Virus record (IMG/VR): IMGVR_UViG_3300022821_000011
Coordinates: 1 to 13,133 of that record
DNA from: a virus
Taxonomy: Duplodnaviria > Heunggongvirae > Uroviricota > Caudoviricetes
Reading direction: 5' to 3' (one strand)
DNA length: 13,133 bases
Shown piece by piece: positions 5,485-12,554 of this stretch (the stretch's first letter is position 1; each line of letters begins with the position of its first letter). Both the position numbers and the translations under genes were made by a program. The notes beneath the pieces were generated by a model. The model did not search any database. It saw nothing but the letters and a program-made list of their open reading frames with translations, and was not told the DNA's origin.

Positions 5485-5750
5485 GTTAAATAATTCTTTA
5501 TTCGATTTTCGACTTGAAACCTGGCTTGAGTCCTGACTTGATCCCTGACTTGAATCCAGACTTGACCCCTGACTCGAGTCCTGACTTGAATATCGACTTG
5601 ATTCCAGACTTGATCCCTGACTTGAGTCCAGACTCGATTCCTGACTTGATTCCCGACTTGAATATCGACTTGATTCTCGATTTGATTCCAGACTTGATTC
5701 CAGACTTGACCCCTGACTTGAGTCCAGACTTGATCTCTTAAACTTTTCAT
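5481..5750 (-). CDS. QVxx-repeat micro-protein R1 (89 aa)
   Basis: [16 protein letters not shown]...; ATGA-coupled at both ends. Confidence 0.8.
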   Translation of the reverse strand: MKSLRDQVWTQVRGQVWNQVWNQIENQVDIQVGNQVRNRVWTQVRDQVWNQVDIQVRTRVRGQVWIQVRDQVRTQARFQVENRIKNYLT

Positions 5751-5920
5751 ATCAAAGCATTCCTGACTTGATTCCTGGCTTGAGTCCAGACTTGATCCCT
5801 GACTTGAATCCAGACTTGAGTCACGACTTGAGTCCAGACTTGATTCTCGATTTGATTCCAGACTTGAATATCGACTTGAATATCGACTTGATATTTGATC
5901 TGATTCCTTAAAGCTTTCAT
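5747..5920 (-). CDS. QVxx-repeat micro-protein R2 (57 aa)
   Basis: Hand-translated MKALRNQIKYQVDIQVDIQVWNQ...QVRNALI*; ATGA-coupled. Confidence 0.8.
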   Translation of the reverse strand: MKALRNQIKYQVDIQVDIQVWNQIENQVWTQVVTQVWIQVRDQVWTQARNQVRNALI

Positions 5921-6126
5921 TTTAATATATCTCTAATTTGATCTTTGATTTGATTCAAGACTTGATTCCAGACTTGATTCCAGACTTGAGTCCAGACTTG
6001 ATTCTCGATTTGATTCCAGACTTGATCCCTGACTTGAATATCGACTTGAGTCCAGACTTGATCCCTGACTTGAATCCAGACTTGACCCCTGACTTGAGTC
6101 CAGACTTGATCTTTTAAACTTTTCAT
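5917..6126 (-). CDS. QVxx-repeat micro-protein R3 (69 aa)
   Basis: MKSLKDQVWTQ...QIRDILK*; ATGA-coupled. Confidence 0.8.
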   Translation of the reverse strand: MKSLKDQVWTQVRGQVWIQVRDQVWTQVDIQVRDQVWNQIENQVWTQVWNQVWNQVLNQIKDQIRDILK

Positions 6127-6284
6127 TTTAAAGAATTCCTGACTTGATTCCCGACTTGAGTCACGACTTGATTCATGACTTGATTCTCGATTTGATTCCA
6201 GACTTGATGCCTGACTTGATTCATGACTTGAATCTCGACTTGATTCCAGACTTGAATATCGACTTGATCTCTTAAACTTTTCAT
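6123..6284 (-). CDS. QVxx-repeat micro-protein R4 (53 aa)
   Basis: [23 protein letters not shown]...QVRNSLK*; ATGA-coupled. Confidence 0.8.
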   Translation of the reverse strand: MKSLRDQVDIQVWNQVEIQVMNQVRHQVWNQIENQVMNQVVTQVGNQVRNSLK

Positions 6285-6454
6285 ATCAAAGCATTCCTGA
6301 ATTGAGTCCCGACTTGATTCTCGACTTGATTACAGACTTGATTCTCGATTTGATTCCAGACTTGATGCCTGACTTGATTCATGACTTGAATCTCGACTTG
6401 ATTCTCGATTTGATTCCAGACTTGATTCCAGACTTGAACTCTTAAACTTTTCAT
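6281..6454 (-). CDS. QVxx-repeat micro-protein R5 (57 aa)
   Basis: [19 protein letters not shown]...QFRNALI*; ATGA-coupled. Confidence 0.8.
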   Translation of the reverse strand: MKSLRVQVWNQVWNQIENQVEIQVMNQVRHQVWNQIENQVCNQVENQVGTQFRNALI

Positions 6455-6600
6455 ATCAAAGCATTCCTGACTTGATTCCTGACTTGAATCGTGATTTGAT
6501 TTCCGACTTGATTCCAGACTTGATTCTCGATTTGATTCCAGACTTGAGTCCAGACTTGACCCCTGACTTGAGCATCGATTTGAATCCTTATAGCTTTCAT
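6451..6600 (-). CDS. QVxx-repeat micro-protein R6 (49 aa)
   Basis: MKAIRIQIDAQVRGQVWTQ...QVRNALI*; ATGA-coupled. Confidence 0.8.
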   Translation of the reverse strand: MKAIRIQIDAQVRGQVWTQVWNQIENQVWNQVGNQITIQVRNQVRNALI

Positions 6601-6770
6601 TTTAATATATCTCTAATTTGAACATTAACTTGAAACCCGACTTGATTCCAAACTTGATTTTCGACTTGACTCCAAACTTGACTCCTAACTTGATTCCAGA
6701 CTTGAGTCCCGACTTGATTCCCGACTTGAGTCATGACTTGATTCATGACTTGATTTTTTATATTTTTCAT
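6597..6770 (-). CDS. QVxx-repeat micro-protein R7 (57 aa)
   Basis: MKNIKNQVMNQVMTQVGNQ...QIRDILK*; ATGA-coupled. Confidence 0.8.
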   Translation of the reverse strand: MKNIKNQVMNQVMTQVGNQVGTQVWNQVRSQVWSQVENQVWNQVGFQVNVQIRDILK

Positions 6771-6916
6771 TTCAAATTATTTCTTATTTGATCATTAACT
6801 TGAAACCTAACTTGAATCTCAACTTTAATCCATACATGAACCTCAACTTTATTCCATATTTGATATCCAGCCAAGTCCCATAATTGATAATCAACTTTAT
6901 CGCTTAAACTTTTCAT
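6767..6916 (-). CDS. Diverged repeat micro-protein R8 (49 aa)
   Basis: MKSLSDKVDYQLWDLAGYQIWNKVEVHVWIKVEIQVRFQVNDQIRNNLK*; TAATG-coupled to upstream gene. Confidence 0.8.
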   Translation of the reverse strand: MKSLSDKVDYQLWDLAGYQIWNKVEVHVWIKVEIQVRFQVNDQIRNNLK

Positions 6917-7287
6917 TATTTTTTCTTAGTGAAATCCACTGCAATCACTGTAGCTCCCTCTGAAGAGGTTTCGTTTTTTTGTTGTGGTTTTACCCTCCTA
7001 ACATTTTTACGATGGCTCTTCATCTTCTCTATTTCCTCTTCTGGTACTCCAGATAATGATGCCATGGCTGAGAAATCTTGATCATCTATCAAATCCTGAA
7101 TTTTTTCTCTTATTGTGTCACAATTATTAAGTTTTATAATATGATCTTTGATAAAAAAAACAAGATTGCCTCGTTCTATTTCAAATTCTTCTTGTGTTAA
7201 ATCCGTAGTAACTATTAAAAATCTTATTATAATATTTTCAAATACCAGTGGTAAACTGTCTTTAAATTTCTCAAAATCTTCATTCAT
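6916..7287 (-). CDS. Hypothetical protein (123 aa)
   Basis: GGAG SD; coupled at both ends. Confidence 0.85.
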   Translation of the reverse strand: MNEDFEKFKDSLPLVFENIIIRFLIVTTDLTQEEFEIERGNLVFFIKDHIIKLNNCDTIREKIQDLIDDQDFSAMASLSGVPEEEIEKMKSHRKNVRRVKPQQKNETSSEGATVIAVDFTKKK

Positions 7288-7445
7288 TTATAATCTCCAA
7301 TTGAATTATTTAAATTAATACATATAGGTCTTAAATTAATATTATTTGTATGAAAAAGCCCATATAACGAATAATTCAAATAACATATATTCACACGATT
7401 TGCGGTTGTTATAGATTTCATACTTTCGTCATAATGATATTTCAT
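7284..7445 (-). CDS. 53-aa micro-protein (MKYHYDES...)
   Basis: Hand-translated; ATGA overlaps at both ends. Confidence 0.6.
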   Translation of the reverse strand: MKYHYDESMKSITTANRVNICYLNYSLYGLFHTNNINLRPICINLNNSIGDYK

Positions 7446-7615
7446 ATTAATTTATCTCCCATAGAAACTCTTAACATTTGGCGGCGCATGTTTTCAAAAA
7501 AATCATTATCTGGTTTAATAGATATAATTATAAAATTTTTATCAAACCCACGAATGTTTTCATCCAACGGATGTTTTACATTAAGTATCATTTTAGTAAA
7601 ACGATATTTTTTCAC
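7442..7615 (-). CDS. 57-aa micro-protein (GTG start, KKYRFTK...)
   Basis: AGGAG SD 6 nt upstream; ends in ATGA overlap. Confidence 0.6.
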   Translation of the reverse strand: MKKYRFTKMILNVKHPLDENIRGFDKNFIIISIKPDNDFFENMRRQMLRVSMGDKLI

Positions 7616-7616
7616 A

Positions 7617-7778
7617 TCACTCTCCTAATGAATGTAATTTACTGTTTAATGAAATATTTAATATATTGGTATGATACAAAGCAAGAATATAGCTATGATA
7701 ATTATCAGTTATCCATGGTCTATTATAATAATAAAAGCTCGAAGTAGTTCTGTTAATATTTGCGTAATGTGGTTTCAT
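7617..7778 (-). CDS. 53-aa Tyr-rich micro-protein, paralogue of 7775-7948
   Basis: SSFYYYNRPWITDNY motif; ATGA-coupled. Confidence 0.65.
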   Translation of the reverse strand: MKPHYANINRTTSSFYYYNRPWITDNYHSYILALYHTNILNISLNSKLHSLGE

Positions 7779-7948
7779 AATAATCTCATTATTGTTAATT
7801 TATGAATAGTCATACTTATTATATCTAATATTGGCTCCTCAATAATCAACTGTGTAAGATAGATATAATAATCATCAGTCATCCATGGCGCATTATAATA
7901 ATAATAACTACTTTCTTTTTCTGTTAAGTCATGTTTATAAGATTTCAT
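7775..7948 (-). CDS. 57-aa Tyr-rich micro-protein
   Basis: SSYYYYNAPWMTDDY motif. Confidence 0.65.
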   Translation of the reverse strand: MKSYKHDLTEKESSYYYYNAPWMTDDYYIYLTQLIIEEPILDIISMTIHKLTIMRLL

Positions 7949-7960
7949 GATACATTTTCT

Positions 7961-8118
7961 TTATTTTTGTTTTATTTGATTCATAATTTGAGCTGCAACT
8001 CTATCCCAAACTTGTATTGTGACTTTATTCCAAATTAGAGCTCCGGCCTGATCCCAGTTTTTCATACTAATTTTATTCCAAAGGTGAGCTGTGGATTTGT
8101 TCCAAATTTTTTTTTCAT
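7961..8118 (-). pseudogene. Octad W-repeat micro-protein, out of frame at an A9 tract
   Basis: ATG-A9-TTTGG; with A10 it reads MKKK-IWNKSTAH-LWNKISMK-NWDQAGAL-IWNKVTIQ-VWDRVAAQ-IMNQIKQK*. Confidence 0.6.
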
Positions 8119-8158
8119 AATTTCATGTATCAATTCTTAAAAGGTTAACAGATACTAT

Positions 8159-8192
8159 TCGACACCCTATCACATTCATGATAGGGTGTCAA
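8159..8192 (-). promoter_or_regulatory. Palindromic promoter/hairpin heading the micro-gene chain
   Basis: GACACCCTATCA-CATTCA-TGATAGGGTGTC (12-bp arms); minus TTGACA-N17-TAGGGT, plus TCGACA-N17-TAGGGT. Confidence 0.6.
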
Positions 8193-8271
8193 TATTAAAG
8201 ATAAGAAAACCATTTAATATATCAGAGGAAAGGATTGCTAATTAAATCAGTTTCCTTATCCCAATATAGTA

Positions 8272-8619
8272 TTAGTCTTCTACGCGCTTCCAACCTTCAG
8301 GAGTATATTCACGCTGACGACGGACCTGATAAGTACCGGCTTCAAAGAGAATAGGCTCATGAGTATCATTACCACGAAGATGCTCAAGCATAGATGGTTC
8401 GTTAACAACCAACAGGCAATTCATAATATCGTCTGGAAGGTTGTACATTTCAACCTGACCGTTCTTGGCTTCCATAACATGATTATGGCCTGTTTCAGAA
8501 TGAGTCACAATCAAGTAACCATTTTCTGTATCAACCTTGGTTGCTCCTTCAGGAACGCCATCTTCAACTCGGCGAATATAAATATCGCCCTGTGCAGCAA
8601 AATTCTTAAAAGTTTTCAT
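8272..8619 (-). CDS. His-rich beta-type protein (QGD...HSETGHNH...EH...H...RQREY), probable metal-binding partner of DUF6745-like proteins
   Basis: Motifs seen directly; co-occurrence with DUF6745-like genes is from memory. Confidence 0.8.
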   Translation of the reverse strand: MKTFKNFAAQGDIYIRRVEDGVPEGATKVDTENGYLIVTHSETGHNHVMEAKNGQVEMYNLPDDIMNCLLVVNEPSMLEHLRGNDTHEPILFEAGTYQVRRQREYTPEGWKRVED

Positions 8620-8640
8620 TTTATTTTCCTTTCGTTAATA

Positions 8641-9606
8641 TTAAGTTCTAATTTCTGGTATTACAAATTCATTTACATCCATTCCCCAGGTCCATGACTG
8701 TGCTTGAATAGCAGTAGCCATTTCTGGTGGTACTGGAAGAGCAAAAAAGCGCCCTGTACCACATTTCACCCTAAGGAATTTTTCAGGAGTTGGCTCATCA
8801 CCTTCTCCGTTTGGAAGCATGACTTCAAGAAGTGTGCCAATTTCTGGATCGCCATCTTCATCAATGATCTTAGCCTTCAATTCATTAAGAATCGAATCCC
8901 AACCGATCATTTCACAAGCAGCTCTTCGCTGTTCGATATTGGACCATTTCACAGCTTCAGCTGCGGATGGCAGAGAGTCTTCAATCCATTCAGAAGGAAT
9001 AGACACGCCATGATAAAAATATAGTGACCAGCCGTCTCTATAACTTACAGCAGCAGAAGTTTCTGAATGAAGGCGAGCTTCTTCATCAAGAAAAATAGAA
9101 GTTGGACGCTCAGTAATTATAGCAATGCCTTCAAATGGCCACCACCAACCGGCAGATTTAGCAATTTCCATGACACCACGAAGCTTTTCTACTTCTTCTA
9201 CAAGACCTTCAAAAACTGAATAAAATGAAAGCCATCCAGCTTCAAATTGGCCATAAAGAGCATCAAAAACATCATAAAGATCGCTCTTTTTTACTCCAAG
9301 TTTTTTGGAGCAAATGTTAGCATCAAAATTATTATCCATAAGAATTTTAATTTTACGCTGACAGTCTTCAATAGTATTAGAGTCTCGACAAACGGCCGCA
9401 ACCATACTACCCTGGTATGGAGAATCTACCCACACCTTAACTTCTGGTGGTGAAAGATCGGCAGCTTTATATGCCAAATCAACACCCTTTTCAGCTCTTT
9501 CTCGATCAGCAGGCTCGGTACTCAAACCGATTTTAATCCACTCATCTCGAATTTCTGGAAACCTATCGATAACTTCCTGTGGAAGTTTTGTAATTTTATC
9601 GCTCAT
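8641..9606 (-). CDS. DUF6745-like protein (321 aa)
   Basis: EWIKIGLSTEPADR...VWVDSP; YGQFEAGWLSFY; GWWWPFE...ERP; RLH...YRDGW..YFYHGV; C-terminal CGTGRFFALPVPP...AQSWTWG match my recollection of the family. Confidence 0.75.
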   Translation of the reverse strand: MSDKITKLPQEVIDRFPEIRDEWIKIGLSTEPADRERAEKGVDLAYKAADLSPPEVKVWVDSPYQGSMVAAVCRDSNTIEDCQRKIKILMDNNFDANICSKKLGVKKSDLYDVFDALYGQFEAGWLSFYSVFEGLVEEVEKLRGVMEIAKSAGWWWPFEGIAIITERPTSIFLDEEARLHSETSAAVSYRDGWSLYFYHGVSIPSEWIEDSLPSAAEAVKWSNIEQRRAACEMIGWDSILNELKAKIIDEDGDPEIGTLLEVMLPNGEGDEPTPEKFLRVKCGTGRFFALPVPPEMATAIQAQSWTWGMDVNEFVIPEIRT

Positions 9607-9652
9607 AATTTACCTTTCATAATATACGATATATTTTCTAATTTACTTATAT

Positions 9653-9691
9653 ACTATAATCTATTCTAGTTTAAATGTCAACAACTATTTT
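9653..9691 (-). promoter_or_regulatory. Sigma70-type promoter with AAAATAGTTG upstream element
   Basis: TTGACA-N17-TATAGT; 16 bp AAAATAGTTGTTGACA identical to 10159-10174. Confidence 0.75.
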
Positions 9692-9696
9692 ACAAA

Positions 9697-9837
9697 TTAT
9701 TTCCCCCCGCTATTTATAGTATAATGACCATGCATAAAATCCATAACAGCCATATTGATAGAAAAGCCAATAAAGCCAAAAGCCATAACCATAATAAATA
9801 TAATCATTACGATTAAAAACTTTTTAATTAGTTTCAT
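9697..9837 (-). CDS. 46-aa single-pass membrane protein
   Basis: MKLIKKFLIVMIIFIMVMAFGFIGFSIN...; ATGA-coupled to 9834-10109. Confidence 0.65.
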   Translation of the reverse strand: MKLIKKFLIVMIIFIMVMAFGFIGFSINMAVMDFMHGHYTINSGGK

Positions 9838-10109
9838 GATTTTTTTCCAATTAAATCTAATAGTATTGCTAAATTTTCTTTATAAATCTCATTCACAGCT
9901 ATATATCTTTCTTCATATGCTTTTCGATAAGCTGGATATGCTTCTTCACCTTGTATATAAAAATTTCTGGCATGTGGTGAATTTTTCTTCATAGAATTCA
10001 TTAATATTAATGAACTTTCACACACATCATTATATTGCTTTATCAATTCATCTAAAGTATCACCGTTCATATGAACTGAAGGAGATGGTGATAAAGAATG
10101 TTCAAACAT
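9834..10109 (-). CDS. Phage hypothetical protein (91 aa)
   Basis: GAGGA SD; own promoter. Confidence 0.8.
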   Translation of the reverse strand: MFEHSLSPSPSVHMNGDTLDELIKQYNDVCESSLILMNSMKKNSPHARNFYIQGEEAYPAYRKAYEERYIAVNEIYKENLAILLDLIGKKS

Positions 10110-10135
10110 ATTAATATCCTCTTAATTATGTTATT

Positions 10136-10174
10136 ATTCTATATTATTCTATGTGATATGTCAACAACTATTTT
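10136..10174 (-). promoter_or_regulatory. Sigma70-type promoter with AAAATAGTTG upstream element
   Basis: TTGACA-N17-TAGAAT. Confidence 0.75.
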
Positions 10175-10180
10175 AATATA

Positions 10181-10207
10181 TATGGGAGGCCATCACAGCC
10201 TCCCATA
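10181..10207 (-). terminator. Probable intrinsic terminator after the ATPase gene
   Basis: 10-bp perfect stem TATGGGAGGC/GCCTCCCATA, 7-nt loop, AT-rich but not poly-U tail. Confidence 0.55.
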
Positions 10208-10215
10208 GAACCATG

Positions 10216-11079
10216 TTACTTCTTACCCTTGTTGTTCCTTATACAGGTAATATTTGCCATCCGCTGCCACATATCAGGGTGTGATTTACGAAGGATACCG
10301 ATCTTAATTGCCATACGAAGAGACAATTCACGAAGCTTCTTAATATTGTCTTCGATATAATCGACAACTTCTTTTTGTTCCAAGAAATCAAGACCCTGAT
10401 TGGCCAAAAGACCCTGTGCAACTACCTGTTTAATTCTCACCATATAATCCCGGCGAGTCTTCATATCCAAATCTACATAATGAGACCGAGAAATAAGAGC
10501 CTGAAGATGAGGAGCAATCTTATTGTTTGAATCAATATACTTATCAAAATCAGTATTAGTGATAAAGATAATAGTGCCTTCAAAGATAAAAGTCTTAGGA
10601 ATATTTTGAGCACTATTCTCATCAAACAACTTAGTTTCAGCAAGATAAGAAACTCGTCGAGTTTCAGTCGTATCGCATACAGCCTTAAGCATATTCAATG
10701 CTGTATCATTAAAGAAAATCGAGTCAGCATCATCAAAAACGATAACATTTCCTGGTTTACGATGTTGGAACAACAGTTTATAAAGACCCGTTGCTCGAAC
10801 ATAACCCTTAATGATGGTGTATCGATCACCAGACGGGTCCCAGTCTTCGAGTTCTTTTTCTACAGTGTAAGACTTACCAAGACCGGCAGGTCCTGAGACA
10901 ATAAGAGCCTTGGTCTTACCCGAAATAGCTGTTCTCGCAAGATACTCAAGAATTTCAAATCGTTCAGACAGCTTTTTGAAAATATCAGCGTCTGACTCAT
11001 TTGTGTCTGGCAAAAACCCACCCACATTCAATTCTGCTACTTCGTTTTTCTTTTTGCGTTCATAAACTCCGCGTGGCAT
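10216..11079 (-). CDS. AAA+-type P-loop ATPase (287 aa)
   Basis: Walker A GPAGLGKS, Walker B VIVFDDAD, sensor-1-like FITN, Arg-finger-like ALISRS. Confidence 0.85.
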   Translation of the reverse strand: MPRGVYERKKKNEVAELNVGGFLPDTNESDADIFKKLSERFEILEYLARTAISGKTKALIVSGPAGLGKSYTVEKELEDWDPSGDRYTIIKGYVRATGLYKLLFQHRKPGNVIVFDDADSIFFNDTALNMLKAVCDTTETRRVSYLAETKLFDENSAQNIPKTFIFEGTIIFITNTDFDKYIDSNNKIAPHLQALISRSHYVDLDMKTRRDYMVRIKQVVAQGLLANQGLDFLEQKEVVDYIEDNIKKLRELSLRMAIKIGILRKSHPDMWQRMANITCIRNNKGKK

Positions 11080-11111
11080 ATCAAATCCTTTCCTCTAGTT
11101 GATATGGTCTT

Positions 11112-11140
11112 AATATATACCAACTAACCGAATTTGTAAA
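11112..11140 (-). promoter_or_regulatory. Sigma70-type promoter
   Basis: TTTACA-N17-TATATT preceded by AAAATAGGTG. Confidence 0.6.
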
Positions 11141-11164
11141 CACCTATTTTGCAATATGGCTATT

Positions 11165-11449
11165 TTAATTTTGAAATTTTCTAGTAGCTGCTATATAACC
11201 ATCACACCAATACTGAGCACACACCATTTTTGATCGGCGATCATCATCATTCATATAAAGCCACGATATTTCTGAAACATTTTCATCATTAAAATAAATA
11301 CTAATTGTATTTATATCATTATCTGCAATTTTTGGCCTGACAGATTTATCTAAAGCCTTTGATATTCGAGCTGTCAAATCTTCAGCAGCATGATTTGAAT
11401 TATCCAAGCCATCAGCCAAATCTCTAAAATTCCTTGCTGTCATCATCAT
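11165..11449 (-). CDS. Phage hypothetical protein (94 aa)
   Basis: AAAGGT SD just after the tRNA-Leu CCA. Confidence 0.75.
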   Translation of the reverse strand: MMMTARNFRDLADGLDNSNHAAEDLTARISKALDKSVRPKIADNDINTISIYFNDENVSEISWLYMNDDDRRSKMVCAQYWCDGYIAATRKFQN

Positions 11450-11468
11450 CTAATACCTTTTATTTTGT

Positions 11469-11544
11469 TGGTGCGCGCAGTGAGACTCGAACTCACACTG
11501 GACAGATTTTAAGTCTGGTGCCTCTGCCATTGGGCTATGCGCGC
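11469..11544 (-). tRNA. tRNA-Leu(UAA), 76 nt, short variable loop
   Basis: Acceptor GCGCGCA/TGCGCGC, A73, encoded CCA; anticodon loop CT-TAA-AA; T arm GTGAG-TTCGAGT-CTCAC. Confidence 0.9.
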
Positions 11545-11554
11545 TTTATATTTT

Positions 11555-12190
11555 TTATGCTACTTCTTCATCTTCATCTTCATCGTTTTCACTAAGAGTT
11601 TTAATAAATTCTTCTTTGGTCGGAAGAGCATCAAGAGTCCACGAATGCCAAAAACGAACAGGATAATATGTATTACCATTTGGGTGTTCTTCAAGACTAT
11701 CTGTGCCAAAAAATCTTTCACTTTCATCCAATTGCTCAGAATTAAATCCTCGATATACTTCAAATGTATTTTTATCAAAATCTACTACATATGCATATTC
11801 GCAAAAAAGAGAATCTTTTGCAAAATCTACATCGTTCTTAGTAAAAATAGGATTATCATTTGAATTTGAAAGGTGAGCCATCGCAACATCCTTAAGTGTA
11901 GTATCACGATCAAGCAATGGATAACGATTTTTAAACCTATTAGAGTCATCCATATTAATCCAGCCTTCATTAAGTTCTATGCCAAGATTGGTATAAGCTT
12001 CTTTTACAAATTCATCATTTGCAAATTTAGCATTGTTTTTAATTTTTTCCTTGAGCGTAACCAAATTAACATTGCTAAAAACCTCAAGAATATCAGTGCC
12101 AACCCCACTTGGATATCCATCCCATTGACTATATTTAGCGACTTTCCAAGTGCCATCAATAAACACGCCAGACATATTTCTCGTACCCAT
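11555..12190 (-). CDS. Phage hypothetical protein, MGTR...WDGYP family (211 aa)
   Basis: MGTR, YSQWDGYPSGVG and EYAYVVDFD motifs recalled from large-phage hypothetical proteins; AAAGGA SD. Confidence 0.85.
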   Translation of the reverse strand: MGTRNMSGVFIDGTWKVAKYSQWDGYPSGVGTDILEVFSNVNLVTLKEKIKNNAKFANDEFVKEAYTNLGIELNEGWINMDDSNRFKNRYPLLDRDTTLKDVAMAHLSNSNDNPIFTKNDVDFAKDSLFCEYAYVVDFDKNTFEVYRGFNSEQLDESERFFGTDSLEEHPNGNTYYPVRFWHSWTLDALPTKEEFIKTLSENDEDEDEEVA

Positions 12191-12251
12191 ATCAAATTCC
12201 TTTCAATTATTGATGATTCTTTATAAACCATCCATTATATAATGTCAACAA

Positions 12252-12536
12252 TTAATACCAAGTTTTTCCATTTTCAGCAGTCCAAGACCATATTTTTTTA
12301 AGATTATCAACATCATAACAAACAAACGAATAATCATCACCAATCATAACTATCCAATTTTTTTGACGCATTGAAGCAATATATTTACATGATTCAGCCC
12401 GGCTAAGTACATTTATTTTATAAAATTTGTTTAAATGTGGCTTAAAGTTTACATAATAATCATACATAAAAAAAGAAGCTACCATAAACAAAACAAAAAC
12501 TAAAACAGATAAGAAATTAATCATAAATGTTTTCAT
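12252..12536 (-). CDS. Membrane-anchored hypothetical protein (94 aa)
   Basis: N-terminal hydrophobic segment; GAGGA SD after the tRNA-Cys CCA. Confidence 0.75.
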   Translation of the reverse strand: MKTFMINFLSVLVFVLFMVASFFMYDYYVNFKPHLNKFYKINVLSRAESCKYIASMRQKNWIVMIGDDYSFVCYDVDNLKKIWSWTAENGKTWY

Positions 12537-12554
12537 AACATATCCTCTTTTTAA

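Larger units (their letters stand above)
5481..6916 (-). repeat. 12-bp-period array (CAA GTC NNG ANT) encoding eight tandem QVxx-repeat ORFs
   Basis: Plus-strand unit GACTTGANTCNN repeated throughout, interrupted by short conserved stop/start junctions. Confidence 0.95.

Noticed and set aside
5514-5741. Plus-strand LIPD-repeat ORF
   Set aside because: Antisense shadow of the 12-bp repeat; no SD or coupling.
5481-6916. CRISPR array
   Set aside because: Period is 12 bp with no unique 25-45 nt spacers, no cas genes, and frames and ATGA coupling are preserved.
5481-6916. DGR template/variable repeat
   Set aside because: Differences between units are not adenine-specific and no reverse transcriptase is in the window.
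291-12226. Other plus-strand ORFs and nested minus-strand alternates in the track (e.g. 1737-2066, 4857-5186, 8359-8697, 11537-11863, 236-499)
   Set aside because: They overlap better-supported minus-strand genes and lack SD or promoter support.
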